64,000 nucleotides of DNA from Podarcis liolepis (lineage: Eukaryota), in the NCBI GenBank assembly GCA_965112155.1, contig OZ218104.1. One strand, given 5' to 3'. Below the pieces are notes generated by a model that saw only the letters and a list, made by a program, of their open reading frames with translations, was not told the origin of the DNA and searched no databases. Shown in pieces: positions 24,846 through 37,802 of the stretch (position 1 is the first letter of the stretch; each line of letters begins with the position of its first letter). The position numbers were made by a program, and so were the translations under genes.

Positions 24846-26672
24846 AAGCAGGAAAGCGGCTTGGGGATAATGCAATTACAAAGGCACCAGTTTCTTGCTT
24901 GTCTGAAGTGCTTCCTAGTCTATGCTGTGGAGTGCAGGGAGGAACGAAGCAAGAAACAGGTGCACTGTTCAAAGCACAGAATGGAAAGCAAGACAAGGAT
25001 TTTGCCACCATAGGGAGGATTCTATGGTTTTTCTCCTGTCAACTTCCCAGTCTGAGACCAAGAGGGCTTTAAGCTTTTTCTTAAGAGCATCATCTGTTCC
25101 AAATAAAGGATTGGCATAATGCTCTCCATTAGCTTTTGATTGGCTCTTTTGAGAAACAAATTGTGGACCGAGTACTAGTAAACTGGGAAAGTTATTTAAT
25201 GTTTTGCAGCATACTTTGAAAAGATTTAGTCCCCAAAACTATCTTGGGAAAGTAGGGTTCAGCTCCCAAAGAGCACCTCTGAGTCCAGCACACTTCTGGT
25301 AACAGAAGAAAAGATACCAGGTCAGGAGCCAAACCTTCCTGTCAGGCTTCAGTGCCAGCTCTGCAAAACTCTGCCGTATGGTTTCGGCAACAGGTCATGT
25401 TCAAATCTGCTGCATCTGACCAGCCCAGCTAGCCTGTGCCTCTCCCCTCAACGTTGCACCTGCATTGCATCATCAATGCACATTGGAAAAGACACAGGAT
25501 GTGCATGTGTGCACGCACACACATGGTAAGGCACCATGTTGGCCTGGTTTATAGAGTGTACATCTATGTTTATATGTGTATATAATATAGACATAAACAC
25601 ATTTTTACAAAAGAACCTATAAATGGGGTAGCCAACATGGTACCCTCCAGATGTGCCCTCCCATCAGTCTTAGTCAGCACGGCTACTGTCAGGGATGACG
25701 GATATTGCACTTAAACATCCTGAGGGCATGATTATAGAAGCATGCCACACTTGTCTGGAGAGCTTGGAGTGGGTAGGAAATGATGAGCGTTTTCCTCTCT
25801 CGAAGCTGCAAATAAATTTTTAAAAAAGAGAGAACAAGACATGCGACACCTAGTAAGGTCAGGCCTAGCAAATGGTCTCCACACAACTAATGGTACAGCT
25901 ACTACTGAAGTTAAGCATGTGCGGACCTGATCAGTGCTCTAGATGGAGGATGAATGAGACCCCATCTTAAGAGTGAGGCACACATATGCTTCCCCACCCC
26001 CCACCCCCGCTAGACACGCATAATAAACCAAACACCAAGTAGATTTCCCACTAAAGGAGAGCCTGCAAAATCAGATATAAGTCACCAGGAAGAAGCAACT
26101 CCTCTAATTTAAAAAGCATAGGAAGCTATGTTGGTCCATCTAAAAAACAACAGCAACCCTTTGAAGTCCACAGTTCAATAAAGGTATTAATTATTAATAA
26201 TTAAGGTGTTATTTAATAATAAAATAAAAATGTGTCACTTTTTTTAGACTTTGGGGTCGGTCCCAACAAAAGTATTGCATTCAGAGGTTGCTCCATTCTC
26301 TCCCCCCCCCATTCCCTACAGTTGAAAGTGCATTAGGTTTTGAAATTATTTCTATGATTTAACATTAAAAATAATAAAAGTATTAGAAAAAGTTCTGGAA
26401 GTATCTGTAAACAAATTCTGCCAGAGACCACTTGAAATGGGACAACATCTAGTCTGTTTTCATACATGGCAAAGTCAGAGGCACCTCTATGGTACTTTCA
26501 CAGCACAGTCCAATGCATGTCTACTGAGAAGTAAGCACCAAATAGTGCAAAGGGGTTTACTCCCAGGTAAGCACATATAGGATTGCAGCCTGTGACAATT
26601 CACCTAATTTTTTCTCTTATGGAACATTCATAGTAGGGATGGAAAATGTTCCCGAGGACACTTGGGCAAAAG

Positions 26673-26674
<2 letters not shown>

Positions 26675-26706
<32 letters not shown>
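26675..26706. repeat. (AC)n microsatellite
   Basis: Direct observation. Confidence 0.9.
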
Positions 26707-26708
<2 letters not shown>

Positions 26709-29700
26709 ATATATACATTAAAATTTTAATAAAAGTGCTTATAAAAATTGCAGAGGGTGAGCATAATCTGAAAAGAATCACTTTCCTTTTTCACACAGGA
26801 ATAATGCATTTTAAGATTATGCATGTTATGACATGTGTGCATATGCAAATTTAATTGATCAATTAATTGATTGGCTGAACTTGAACAATTAATAGATTAA
26901 AAGTTGACTGGGTTGTAATTAGAGAGTTTTGCTACTGGAGTAGCATTTGCACCTCTAGAAAGCTAGTACAGTTAAAGCCAATACCACCATATCTTTGGAG
27001 GCAGCCTATTCTAATAGCAAGTCATTCTTATCATTTACAAAAAAAGGTATGTACTTCAGTATCCACCCTTAACTTTCCCACTGCTGTGTATTCAGTATTT
27101 TGCTCAACCCTTTTGGAATAACTAATAGTCAAGAACCCTTGTGCACATTTAAACTAGAACCATACCATATGTGCTATTAAGCTATCAGCTAGGATTGGCC
27201 ACTGGGTCAAAAACAACAGAGCAACTGATTTCGGATTATATAATTCATTTTTTTAAAAAAAAAGTTAGTTCAATTACTATTAGCACAGATGCCGCAGTGC
27301 ATACTGAACAATTTAATACACTGTCTTTGGATAAGGTTATTCAAGAAGGGAACTATATAAACTTATATGCAAAGATTAATGGGCAATGCACGTGTGAATT
27401 AAGGCAGCCATCACTTGGGAGTCACAAAAGCTTCCACACCTCTGGAGAGAGTGGTTGAGAAGGGATCATTCATCCTTAAGTATAGGCAGTCAGCATTATG
27501 GCCATGTAACATGGAGAAGCATGGTGTGAGCATCAGGCAGGCAGGATGTATGTGCAGGCCACAACTCTTACTCTTTCCGATAGCCTGCCTCATAATAAAT
27601 GAAAATAGGCTGTTGCCTAATCCAAATAACATTTTTTCTTTTTGTGCCAAAGCATTAGACTATTGTTCAAATGAACAACTGGCCTCCTCTACAACCCAGC
27701 ATTGCACTGAGAGTTCCAGGATGCCAAAGATGGATATGAAAGTAGGTTTGGATGAGATTATCCTTTGCCCTCGCAGTTCCCCTGAAACCCTGGATTGCAA
27801 AGTTATAGCAAGAACATTATTGTAAAGACAAAGCCTGATAAACTCTTCCATAAAAATGGCAGCCAATAGTCAGGAAAAAGAGATGATGGCACATAAACTA
27901 CAGAGGTGACCAATAATCTAACCACAAAGGGACACAAATCTTCCTTGAAAAATATTCTATTGGTACCATTAAGACCATAACTGGATTTTTTTGCAGGTGT
28001 GTGCAAGTAGTTTTACAGTGTAATCACTACAACTTTTGTTATTATTACTTTTACAGCATTTTGCTGCTACAGAGGTGCAGTGTTTATTAGTTTTTTTCCT
28101 GACTGATAAAAAGCTTAAAGACAAGACTGGCTGTACAGCATTTTTCTTTTAAAAAGGTTTTTTTTTTTATTTCGGGGCAGCAGACTTGCTCAGCACCAAA
28201 AGGCCATGCTGCAAATTTTTGCCATCAACATTTGCCATTGCAACCATGAGGACTAGGGTCCTGCATTTTACAAAAGGTCTACAGTTAAAGCTGGGATTTT
28301 CAGAATTTTAACAACTTTAAAGATACACATATAGCTTCAGGGGCACATGCTGCTTACCACAATTTCATAGTTTGTGGCCTCTGAATAAACATTTAGTGCT
28401 TACAAGTGTCCTGGGCTACTTGCCCTAAAAACCCTAAAGTATCTTAGATCCACACAGTGGATTTTAATCAAGTTATCAGTACCATTACTTCCCCCAAATA
28501 TAGTATGGTCCACTCTTATCTTGGTCCTGATTATTTTGGGGTGGGGTACTACATAGTACTCAACACTACAAGTGATATCACCAAGAACTTGGCGTGTTTT
28601 CACTAAATGCTTCTATCCCCCCATCACCCAGCAATATACAACTTCAGAAAGAAAGAAAAATCTACAGCACCATCTTCTAAAAAGGCACTTTGAGGACTGT
28701 CTTGCTTTGAATGAATAAAACCCTCCAAGTTTCAGATGGCAGAGCTACTTCATTTTTAAATAGGTCTTTATAGTTACATACCTGCCAGAGGTAATTCAGA
28801 CACAATTTTAATATGGAAATGGGACTGAAAGATTCTAGACATGATTCTCGTCTGTCAACATTTTACCTCCTGCAGAGTCAATCCTTCAGTTTAATTTTTC
28901 AAATTGTTCTCCAGTTCCCACTCCAGGGTTTTTCCCCAGTGGTTACTTAGTCATAACCTCTTTAACAGCAAAGTCAAGGTTACAGAGAATAAACTGGCAA
29001 GTCATAAAGGAGGGTCTGGCATCTAACAGCTTTGTCTCTCATCATAGTGAAATCCAAGCATTTGTAAATATGATAATTAACAAGCAGGTATTAGCAGACC
29101 TGCAAAATTCCCCAGGAGTTGTTTAGCTTTCCAAAAAACATAAGGGTCAAGTACATCACAGGATAACTTGAAGCTGAGCATGCCTTAATAGACGTTGCTG
29201 TGCTTGAGGCAATAGTGAAAGCTCTGCCTGGTGTTTAACCCATGATGGCCATTTTCTATATGCCAGACAATGCTTGAGGTTCCATTCACCACAAGCTCAA
29301 TATGCATGGACAAACTGCCCTCAAGTGAAAAGGATGGGAAGTGGAAGTTGATTAAAAAGGTATGTCCTGCTCCCACTTTGCAGACACACAAACAACTCTT
29401 CCAGTTGAAAAGGTAATTGTTCTATCAGTTCATAGCACTAAAAATCTATTCAATGAATCACTTACCTACCAAGTGGGAAAATCTGACAGATTCAGGGTGT
29501 TGCCATCATCAAAAACAGCTAGCAGAAAAGCTATACAACAGGAAGGTTACATGGGTGGTTAATAAGTCACAATAATTTGCATAGGGGAACACACAGAGTC
29601 AAAGGATATCTACAAGCAGATAGACTTTCAGTCTTGCAGAAATATCCCAAAGGAGGCTTTGGGAAGCACCCTTGCCATTATTTTTAACATTTTTCATCTA

Positions 29701-30771
29701 ACACTCCTGAGATCTTTACGTTCTAACATAGTCTCACACACACGTGTGTGTGAAAGACCCCACAGAATGAACCTTTCGGTCTGATGTCTTTTAATAATGC
29801 CCTTCTTAGCAGCTGTTGCTTAGATGATGAAGCTTGGCCAGTAGGACTCTAATGCTTTGTACTACTAGGGTTGCCCAAAAGTCATCAATTCCGCCTTTGA
29901 AAATCCAGCCCTAGCACTACCGACTTGCTGAAATTAATGGGAATTGTACCTGACAGAGAGCAAGCCCAATGGCACAAAAGAAAAGTCCTTACCTACAGAG
30001 GGGCACATTCTGTTAGCTCAGCTTTATTCAGCCTGAAGCTGATGAAAGTTGTAGTTCAAAACATATGGAGAACAATGCACTGTGTTTTCATGGTGGACAG
30101 AACTCAGCACCAAGCAACTCTCAGGTATGGAGTGGTGATGAAGAGAGGACAGTGGCTCTTGCAAGTACAAGTGAGAAATAAGACAACCGAGGTGGGGGGA
30201 GTTACAGCAACCATTCTAGGCAGGAATACGCATACTGAATGAAGAACAAGGCCAAGCTGGGTGCAAAAAACTATTAAACCTACACTTTTGTACCTATATA
30301 GGCTGAACAGACAGCTGTCTTGGCTGTACAGGCAGAAATTTTCATGAAAGCACATTAAAATTCAAGAAAGCTTTTTTAGAAAACAAAAACAGAGAGCATG
30401 TACAAAAATAAAACTCCATATAATCTTGTGAAAAATATACTGGAAACTGCCACCACAGATGAGGTACCGTTTATTTCCTCCCATCCCCACCTCCACCCAT
30501 CCACTGCAAACATCAAAATATATCTTAAGTCTTTCAAAACAAAGGAAGAATATCTGGCTATTTTATAATCTTGGTTAAGACAGCACCCTTTGTTATATCA
30601 CACTGTTAAAATTGCTTTTGAAACAACAAAAATCAGAATACTACTTCTTAAAGTGGATTCCTGTTCACCTGCCCATTTCCTTAGTGCAGTAATTGCCCAC
30701 CTCCATTTAAATAAATATAGCAGCTACAGTACTGTAGTACAGGTGGCCTTCAATGCCAGTACACTGATATT

Positions 30772-31159
30772 GGCCTGGCTCGCAGATAATACTAAGTCAT
30801 TGTTTATTAAACCATAGTTTGTTGTTTGAGCCTCCAAACCCTGCCATCAACCCAACTACAGTTTGTTTAGTGCCTAACCACAACCTGAAGTCATGATTTT
30901 TTTTTGTTGGCTTACAAACCTTCGTTTGTTTTAACTATGGCTTGTTGTTATACCCAAACCCTTCACCCTTCCTTAAACATTTCTTTGGCCACTCCACCCT
31001 CTCACCAAGCTACATAGGCACAAACCAAGAACAGCTGGAAAACCCAAAACAACTCTGAAGAAACAAGTTATGGTTTGTTGATCATCTATGAGACAACCGG
31101 TGGTTAACTTGTGGTTTGTTAATCAAACCATGGCTTAGCATTTAGGTGTGAACCAGGCC
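30772..31159. mobile_element. Old MITE (Harbinger-like) with long imperfect TIRs
   Basis: Left end ggcctggctcgcagataatactaagtcattgtttattaa matches the reverse complement of the right end, ggcctggttcacacctaaatgctaagccatggtttgattaa. Confidence 0.6.
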
Positions 31160-34100
31160 AGTGTATTACAAATTTTATCGGCACTTGACAAAGACAGTTT
31201 CAAAATTAAAATATATTCCGGTTTGTTTTTAAGTTACCATCTCCTCTCCACATGAAAATCAATCACACTAGCACTGTGTACAAGTATTTTAAAGGTGCTT
31301 CTCTGTTGGGCTCTAAATCATTTTCACTTTGGAAGGATGAGAGTGATGGCTGCAGCAAAGGAGGCTTTAGAGCCACCATTCTAGGGACAGGTCAGGAAAT
31401 AAATATTATAGTACATCTTGGTATAAACAGCTAAAAGGTCTTTAAAAGGGGGGGGGGCAGAGGTCCCAATGTTCCACAACTCACTTTTAAAACCGCAATT
31501 GTGAAACACTGAGTAAGAATTCCCACTGGAGCCTTTTAAAGTGACAATCCTTGGAAGAGAAAAAACTTAACATTAATATTAGTGAAGATTTGTTGTGATT
31601 CACCCATATTAGAACCGTTAAACTTGACCTCAAGCTCCAGGGAGGTTTACTAGGCTACCCTGACAACAAGTGGTGTATGTTCTCTTTAGGCGGGGGGAGA
31701 AGGACAAAGGAGGTGAAGTCTGAGTCCATTGGCCACATCATGGGGCCTAAGCAGGCTGGTATTGAACTCCCCGCAGTCATTTCATGCTAGGAATTCAAGC
31801 ATAAGTACAGTGCATGAAGTATCCTCAGCTAGGAAACTTCCAGAAGTTGAAGCATGAAAACAGCCACTTGCAATTCAATTCACTAAGAACTCTTTTGGTT
31901 CTAGCAGTTTCCCCTTTCATCTTAGTGCATACCTCTTCCCAACCCCCTAAGGCAAGCTGCTCCCCATCACAATTATTTCAAGTGCACTTTGATTCTTGCC
32001 CCCAAGAGGTTAAGTGTGCATTGTACCATTTTGCTGAAACTGGGAGTAAACTTCACTAGATCACAAGTGCAGTAAAGCATTTTGAGACACCATGAACAGC
32101 AGCATATGCCTGCACAGGAAAGCATATAAAACACAGTACTTAAGTTTTCTGGTGGGGGTGGGGTGGGGAGAGAAGAAAAAGGAAAGGTTCAGGCCTGTTG
32201 GAGCAAAATGGGCTCAGATTTTTCAGCTGAAAATACAGTAAATTGGCAAATATAGTGGGTCACTTTGAAGACAGCACAATATAAGAAAGATGCTTCAACC
32301 AGTGAAATGGTTTTCATGTGGAGAATGGTTTGTCTGTTTGTTTCAGCAGGGCTAGGTTACTAGCAATGCCCATATGAACCATCTGCAGTATATATCTATG
32401 TATATATACTATAAAACCAGTGCAAAAAAAGCAGTCACAAATGCAGTTCATGTGTTTACAAAGTGCAAAACGCCCCTGAATCCCTGCTACTGAGTTCAAT
32501 GCTCATCTTCATCATCTTGTAAAATACTTTGCTTCAGCTTCAAAGTGGAATGAAAAGAGGCCCATTCATCTGATTCACATTTCAGTGATCTCACTTAAGT
32601 GTATCCCAGCCCTCTGGTAGCTTTATTTGTAAAATGAAATGAAGCACTCAGTTTCAAAAGGAAAGTCTACATGATCAAAAACTGCTTTTAAAAAATCTTC
32701 ATGCCCCCTTTTAGACTTTTGCTCAATGTCATCTGGACAGATCTAAAAACATGAATTTCTTCTGTGCTGGGAAAAACCATGCCCTCCAACCCCAGGGTGC
32801 AGCAGAGCAAAAATCCTGCATTACTAGACAGTATTAAAGCTTGTAGTCTGCTAGCAGCATGAAAGGGTTTGCCTTTTTATGCATTAAAAATGGGAATCCT
32901 CCCTATTACAAGACTTTCCTTTCAAAATTAAGGCTAACTTTGTCCTTTTAAGTGCACAAACATGTCCATTCTCCCACTATTAGTGGTGCAAAATGCTGCT
33001 GATTGTGCACAGCAAAAATGGACAGATTTTTCTCCTTTGCAAAGGCTTATTGCACTAAAAGATAGCAAAAACATTGTCAGTTCTCTAAAACAAAATAGTT
33101 ATGTTTCTAAACATTAAAACTGATGTCGCCAATACACTGACTTAAATTAAAGCATTATTATTACTCTAATAAATATAAAAGAAAAAAGGAAGCTAAACCT
33201 CAAAGTACACGTATATATAGATATATATATGCAATCACATTAAAGTGAGAGGCAGCGAGTCAACTAATATATATTTTTTCATTTTAAAAAAAGAGAGACC
33301 TCAACTTAGTGTCTGTACTTGAATGGATATTACACGTCACCCTGGCAAAACAGGGGAGGAGATCTGCTGTCACAAGAAGCTCAGAAGGTATACACATGGC
33401 ACACAAGATGTAAAATTAGCTGAAACTTCTGGACAAGGAGAAAGCAGCAGCTTCATTAATCTCATCAGGTTGTATCGCTACTGCCAGCATCAACATATAT
33501 GGTTAACTTAGTTATGGTACAGAAACAGACTTGAGTTGAGCAACTCCAAGCAATGAAGACAGACACAAAAGGCAGCAGTTGGCTAAACCACACTGGGATC
33601 AATGGATCTGCAAATGCACTATACACACAGCCTTTCCCACAACATACGCTGTGGAGCTGCTCACTCAAACATACAAACACACTTGCTATGGTCACATTCA
33701 AGTGCTGACAGCCATTGAGGGGAAGCCACCGGCTACCCTCGTAGGGGTACCCAAATGATAAAAACATTTTTGCACATTCTCTACTTCACTTCACTTGCCC
33801 ACCCCAACAATCACCTTTTTGATTGCTCCTGTAAGTTTTAATACCGTAATAATTGTTTCTTTTTTGCAGAAAGAGTTGTGCTGCTGAGCAACTTGAGGTA
33901 AAGGCATAAAAAAGGGTTAACTACAAGAAAAAACACACACAAAGGAAAAGACAACAACGATGACGGCAGCACTTCCCATTGGAGGCTGCTTCAAAAGCAG
34001 TTGGCTGGTTTCATATTGCATAATAAGTGCCGTGTTCTCGGTGAAGTAAACAATCTTCCTTGTGTCAAAACAAGGATAAGGCCCATGCCCCCTCCCATAG

Positions 34101-34237
34101 GATCAGTTTCAGCAGTGGCAGAGGTATCCCCCTCCCCAATGAACTGACCCTTCTTTAAACATACACTGTATGTGGCTTAATTCTGCAGTTCTTCCTTTCG
34201 TGAATAGGCTCCGGTCTCACTGATATTTTTTTTATAG

Positions 34238-34420
<183 letters not shown>

Positions 34421-35559
34421 TTATATTTTTAAGCAACTAAGCTGTAAAAAACAATTCTAATTTCTGCACTGAGCAGCCATTAGTACAGCCTTGTGCTAAT
34501 TCCTTTGCTTCTGAACATCAACCAGGAAGAGAGGTTTAAGAAAGCTGTATTCCGTGTTCTTTTCAGCTCTCAAAAACAATACATTACACTAATGCAGCAC
34601 ATGGATGGACTTTAGTACTAGATGCATGGTTCCCACCACCAATTATTAGTATAGAACAAGTCAGTGGAACACTTCTATGGGCAAATTCACACACTCATTT
34701 AAAATGGCTATCCATAGACATCATGGGAAAGCTTGAAGAAACTGCCCTACAACATGTACAATCAAATGTGTGATGTAGTGGTTAGCATGAACAATGTGCT
34801 ATCTTTTCTCACAAACACATACTTAAAGCACAATGGACTGTTGCAAATAATTTGCGCACCCAATTGCACCTAATAAAAGATTGAAGTTGTGGGTAACCAT
34901 CTATGGGAATCCACGGTTCCCCACCACACCCACAGGGCAACCTTCTAGAATGAATGAATGAATGAATGAGCTGTATGGGAACACTGCAGGAACTCTGAGT
35001 CATATTTATAACAGTGCTAGATTTATAAAGGACAGATTGGCAATCATGACGACTTTAGCTCAATGGACTTCATCGCTAACTGGCTTGCCTGCTGCCATTT
35101 CTGTAGAACTCTGTACACATTTAATCATGCACATTTGATGGTTTGCTAGTTGAGGTGGGAGAGACAGGGCAATGCCCAAAGGGGTCTAATTATGCATGTG
35201 GTCTCCATGGAGCATGCACACACCCCTACTTACCTCTCAAAATCCAATCAGGGTTGCACAAAAAAGTGAAGTTAATGGATCATTCTTGTAAGCTAACTGA
35301 CTATACTCAGTGGTTTCATATGCAGCAGCATGAAACAATGTGCTAGGACTGAGCTAAACAACCAGGCACCCTAGTGCACATGTGTTGACTATACTGTTTA
35401 AACATGTGAAAATGATGTTGACCTTTACTAAAAAAAAAAAAAAAAAATCAAGTTTGGAACAAGTCTGCAATGAGATCAAATGCCATACTTTAAAATAAAA
35501 AATTCTGGCAACTAGCCCAGAGGTCGGAGAAGCCAAGTCATCTGGCAACGCTACTCTTA

Positions 35560-35760
<201 letters not shown>

Positions 35761-36752
35761 CTAGGGAGAATGAAACATCAGTTCAAATTCCCAATTAACT
35801 TTCTGCATCACATTTCTATAAAAATTAAACTGAACAGCAAATGTTTTTGTATGCCAAGGATATTGACTGTGCTCCTGAGAATACAGTTCTTATTAATGTG
35901 AAAAGGGGATTCCATGTTGCTGTAGCCCCACCCTTGCACACTCTTGGCACTGCAGCACATTAGCATCCTGCAGAACACCACCACAGCCCTATCCTGTCAC
36001 TTATTTCAAATGAACACTTCCAAGTGCTAAAATATAGGGCTGTATCATTCACCAGTGCAACGGCTCTTGTGCGACTGGACATGAGAGTTTTAATGCTGCA
36101 CAACAGAGAAAACCCATGCAACAGTTGTGTTAACAACAAACTTACCAGCAACCTGCTTATGCATTCTCTGGTGCAACAATGATCCACTGGCACAAAGCTT
36201 TTCACCAGCTGATCAAGACAAGTGACTTGCTGCTACACTGGATACAGCCCATAATCAGAGGCTGAAGATAGTTTTAAGGAGCCTTGGGGTAACTAAACAA
36301 AGTTACTTTGTAAGAGCTTGATGCCAAGCTGCTTCAGTTTCGAATTTATGAAGCACAGCAATTACATATTTTCTGCAGCTTCCGAAAGGTATATGGGTGA
36401 ATACAAGCACGGAACAGCAAATGCTGGAGCCATAGCAGAGCTTCCAGGGGACAATTCCTAACACATTTTCTGTCTTCAGATGTCACAGAAAAGATTTAGT
36501 GTGTGAGCCAAATATTTTGAGAATACATTCCTGGCTAATATGACATTTTTGTTCCATGGCAAATCTAAAGGGTACAAACTTGGGAAAAAAGCTCAAGTCA
36601 TAAAAAGCTTGCTTTAAGTCAGCCTTGGTTGTTTTAAAAAACTGGTTTAAATAGAAAGCACCCTGCAGATTCACTTATATTACCACTCATGTCTGCTCAC
36701 GAATGGTACCAAACCCAGACTGAGTCAAGTAGGTTTGTGCTTTAGTTCCTAC

Positions 36753-36854
36753 CTGTATTCCTGCATGGCTACAGAGGTAAAAATCAAATTCGTAAGGATG
36801 TGTGATATCCGTATCTACAGTTGTTCCAGCTGGGATGTTCCCACTTCTTCCAAC
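36753..36854 (-). CDS. AGO3: Argonaute-3 exon 17 (102 nt)
   Basis: [34 protein letters not shown]. Confidence 0.97.
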
Positions 36855-37667
36855 CTAGAAAAGAATGCATTTCCACAGGAGAGGAACAAAAATGTTAGCT
36901 TGATAATTATGTAATGAACACATGATATAAAATACTGAAAAATCTGCTTTTATTTGTTTCAACTTTGAACATCAGCTTCTCCTAGTTTTTGTGCATGAAA
37001 GCAAGTCCAGAACTCGGCTGCTGACACCAGGCTTGTAACCTGATGGTGCAAAGAGGCTGGCAGCTGGAATAAAGTCTGTTGTTAACATAGAGGTGAGGTT
37101 CACAACAAAATGAAGTTGGAATGCCATTTTGTATCAGTCAATTTTGCTTGCCTTTGAAATGGAACAGTAAACTTGGAAGAATAGAAACATATAGCTTCCT
37201 ATCAGACCAGACCCATAGGCTCATCTAGCCTGTTATCTAGATACTCAGCAGATTGTCAAGGTCTCGTACAGGGGCTTTAGTAAGCCCTGCTGCTCAAGAT
37301 GTTTTTCACTGGAGTGACGAACTGGGGACCTTCTGCAAGCAAAGTTGTTACTCTGCCATTGTGCTATGGCTCCTCATTGAAGCATTTACAAAGTGGGGGA
37401 ATTCAGCTGTTGTACCGTGCTATAAATCAGGACATCCTCCACTGAAATTTTGCCTCTACCATCATTTGTCAGCCTCTCAATCCCATCTCCGACAGGGGTA
37501 AATCATAATGGGCTATCTTATAGGACTGTTGTAAGGATTACAACAAGATGATTCATCTGAAGTGCTGTGAAAGTTCTAAACCACTATATACATGCTAATA
37601 ATGATAGATTACACTTTCTTCAGTCACCCACTTGGAAGCAACTACACTGAAATTAGACAAGTCTTAC

Positions 37668-37802
37668 CCTTTCTGTCCGATCAGCACAAAACAGCCTTGT
37701 ATGATGCCTCTTCTGAACAACAATATATGTTATGCCAGGCTGGTAATCCTTTTCGAGACTGATACAGGCCTCTCTAATTGCTAGCAGCTCATAATACAAC
37801 AC
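37668..37802 (-). CDS. AGO3: Argonaute-3 exon 16 (135 nt)
   Basis: [45 protein letters not shown]. Confidence 0.97.

Larger units (their letters stand above)
19915..34237 (-). other. AGO3: Probable very long AGO3 3'UTR (~14.3 kb)
   Basis: Follows the stop codon, is U-rich on the mRNA strand and has few LINE fragments. Ends at AATAAA (19937-19932) followed by a GU-rich downstream element. Internal AATAAA hexamers also exist, so the extent is inferred. Confidence 0.55.

Noticed and set aside
27171-28006. Cluster of ORFs up to 136 aa in the AGO3 downstream region
   Set aside because: No recognisable protein motifs or exon structure; consistent with chance ORFs in UTR sequence.
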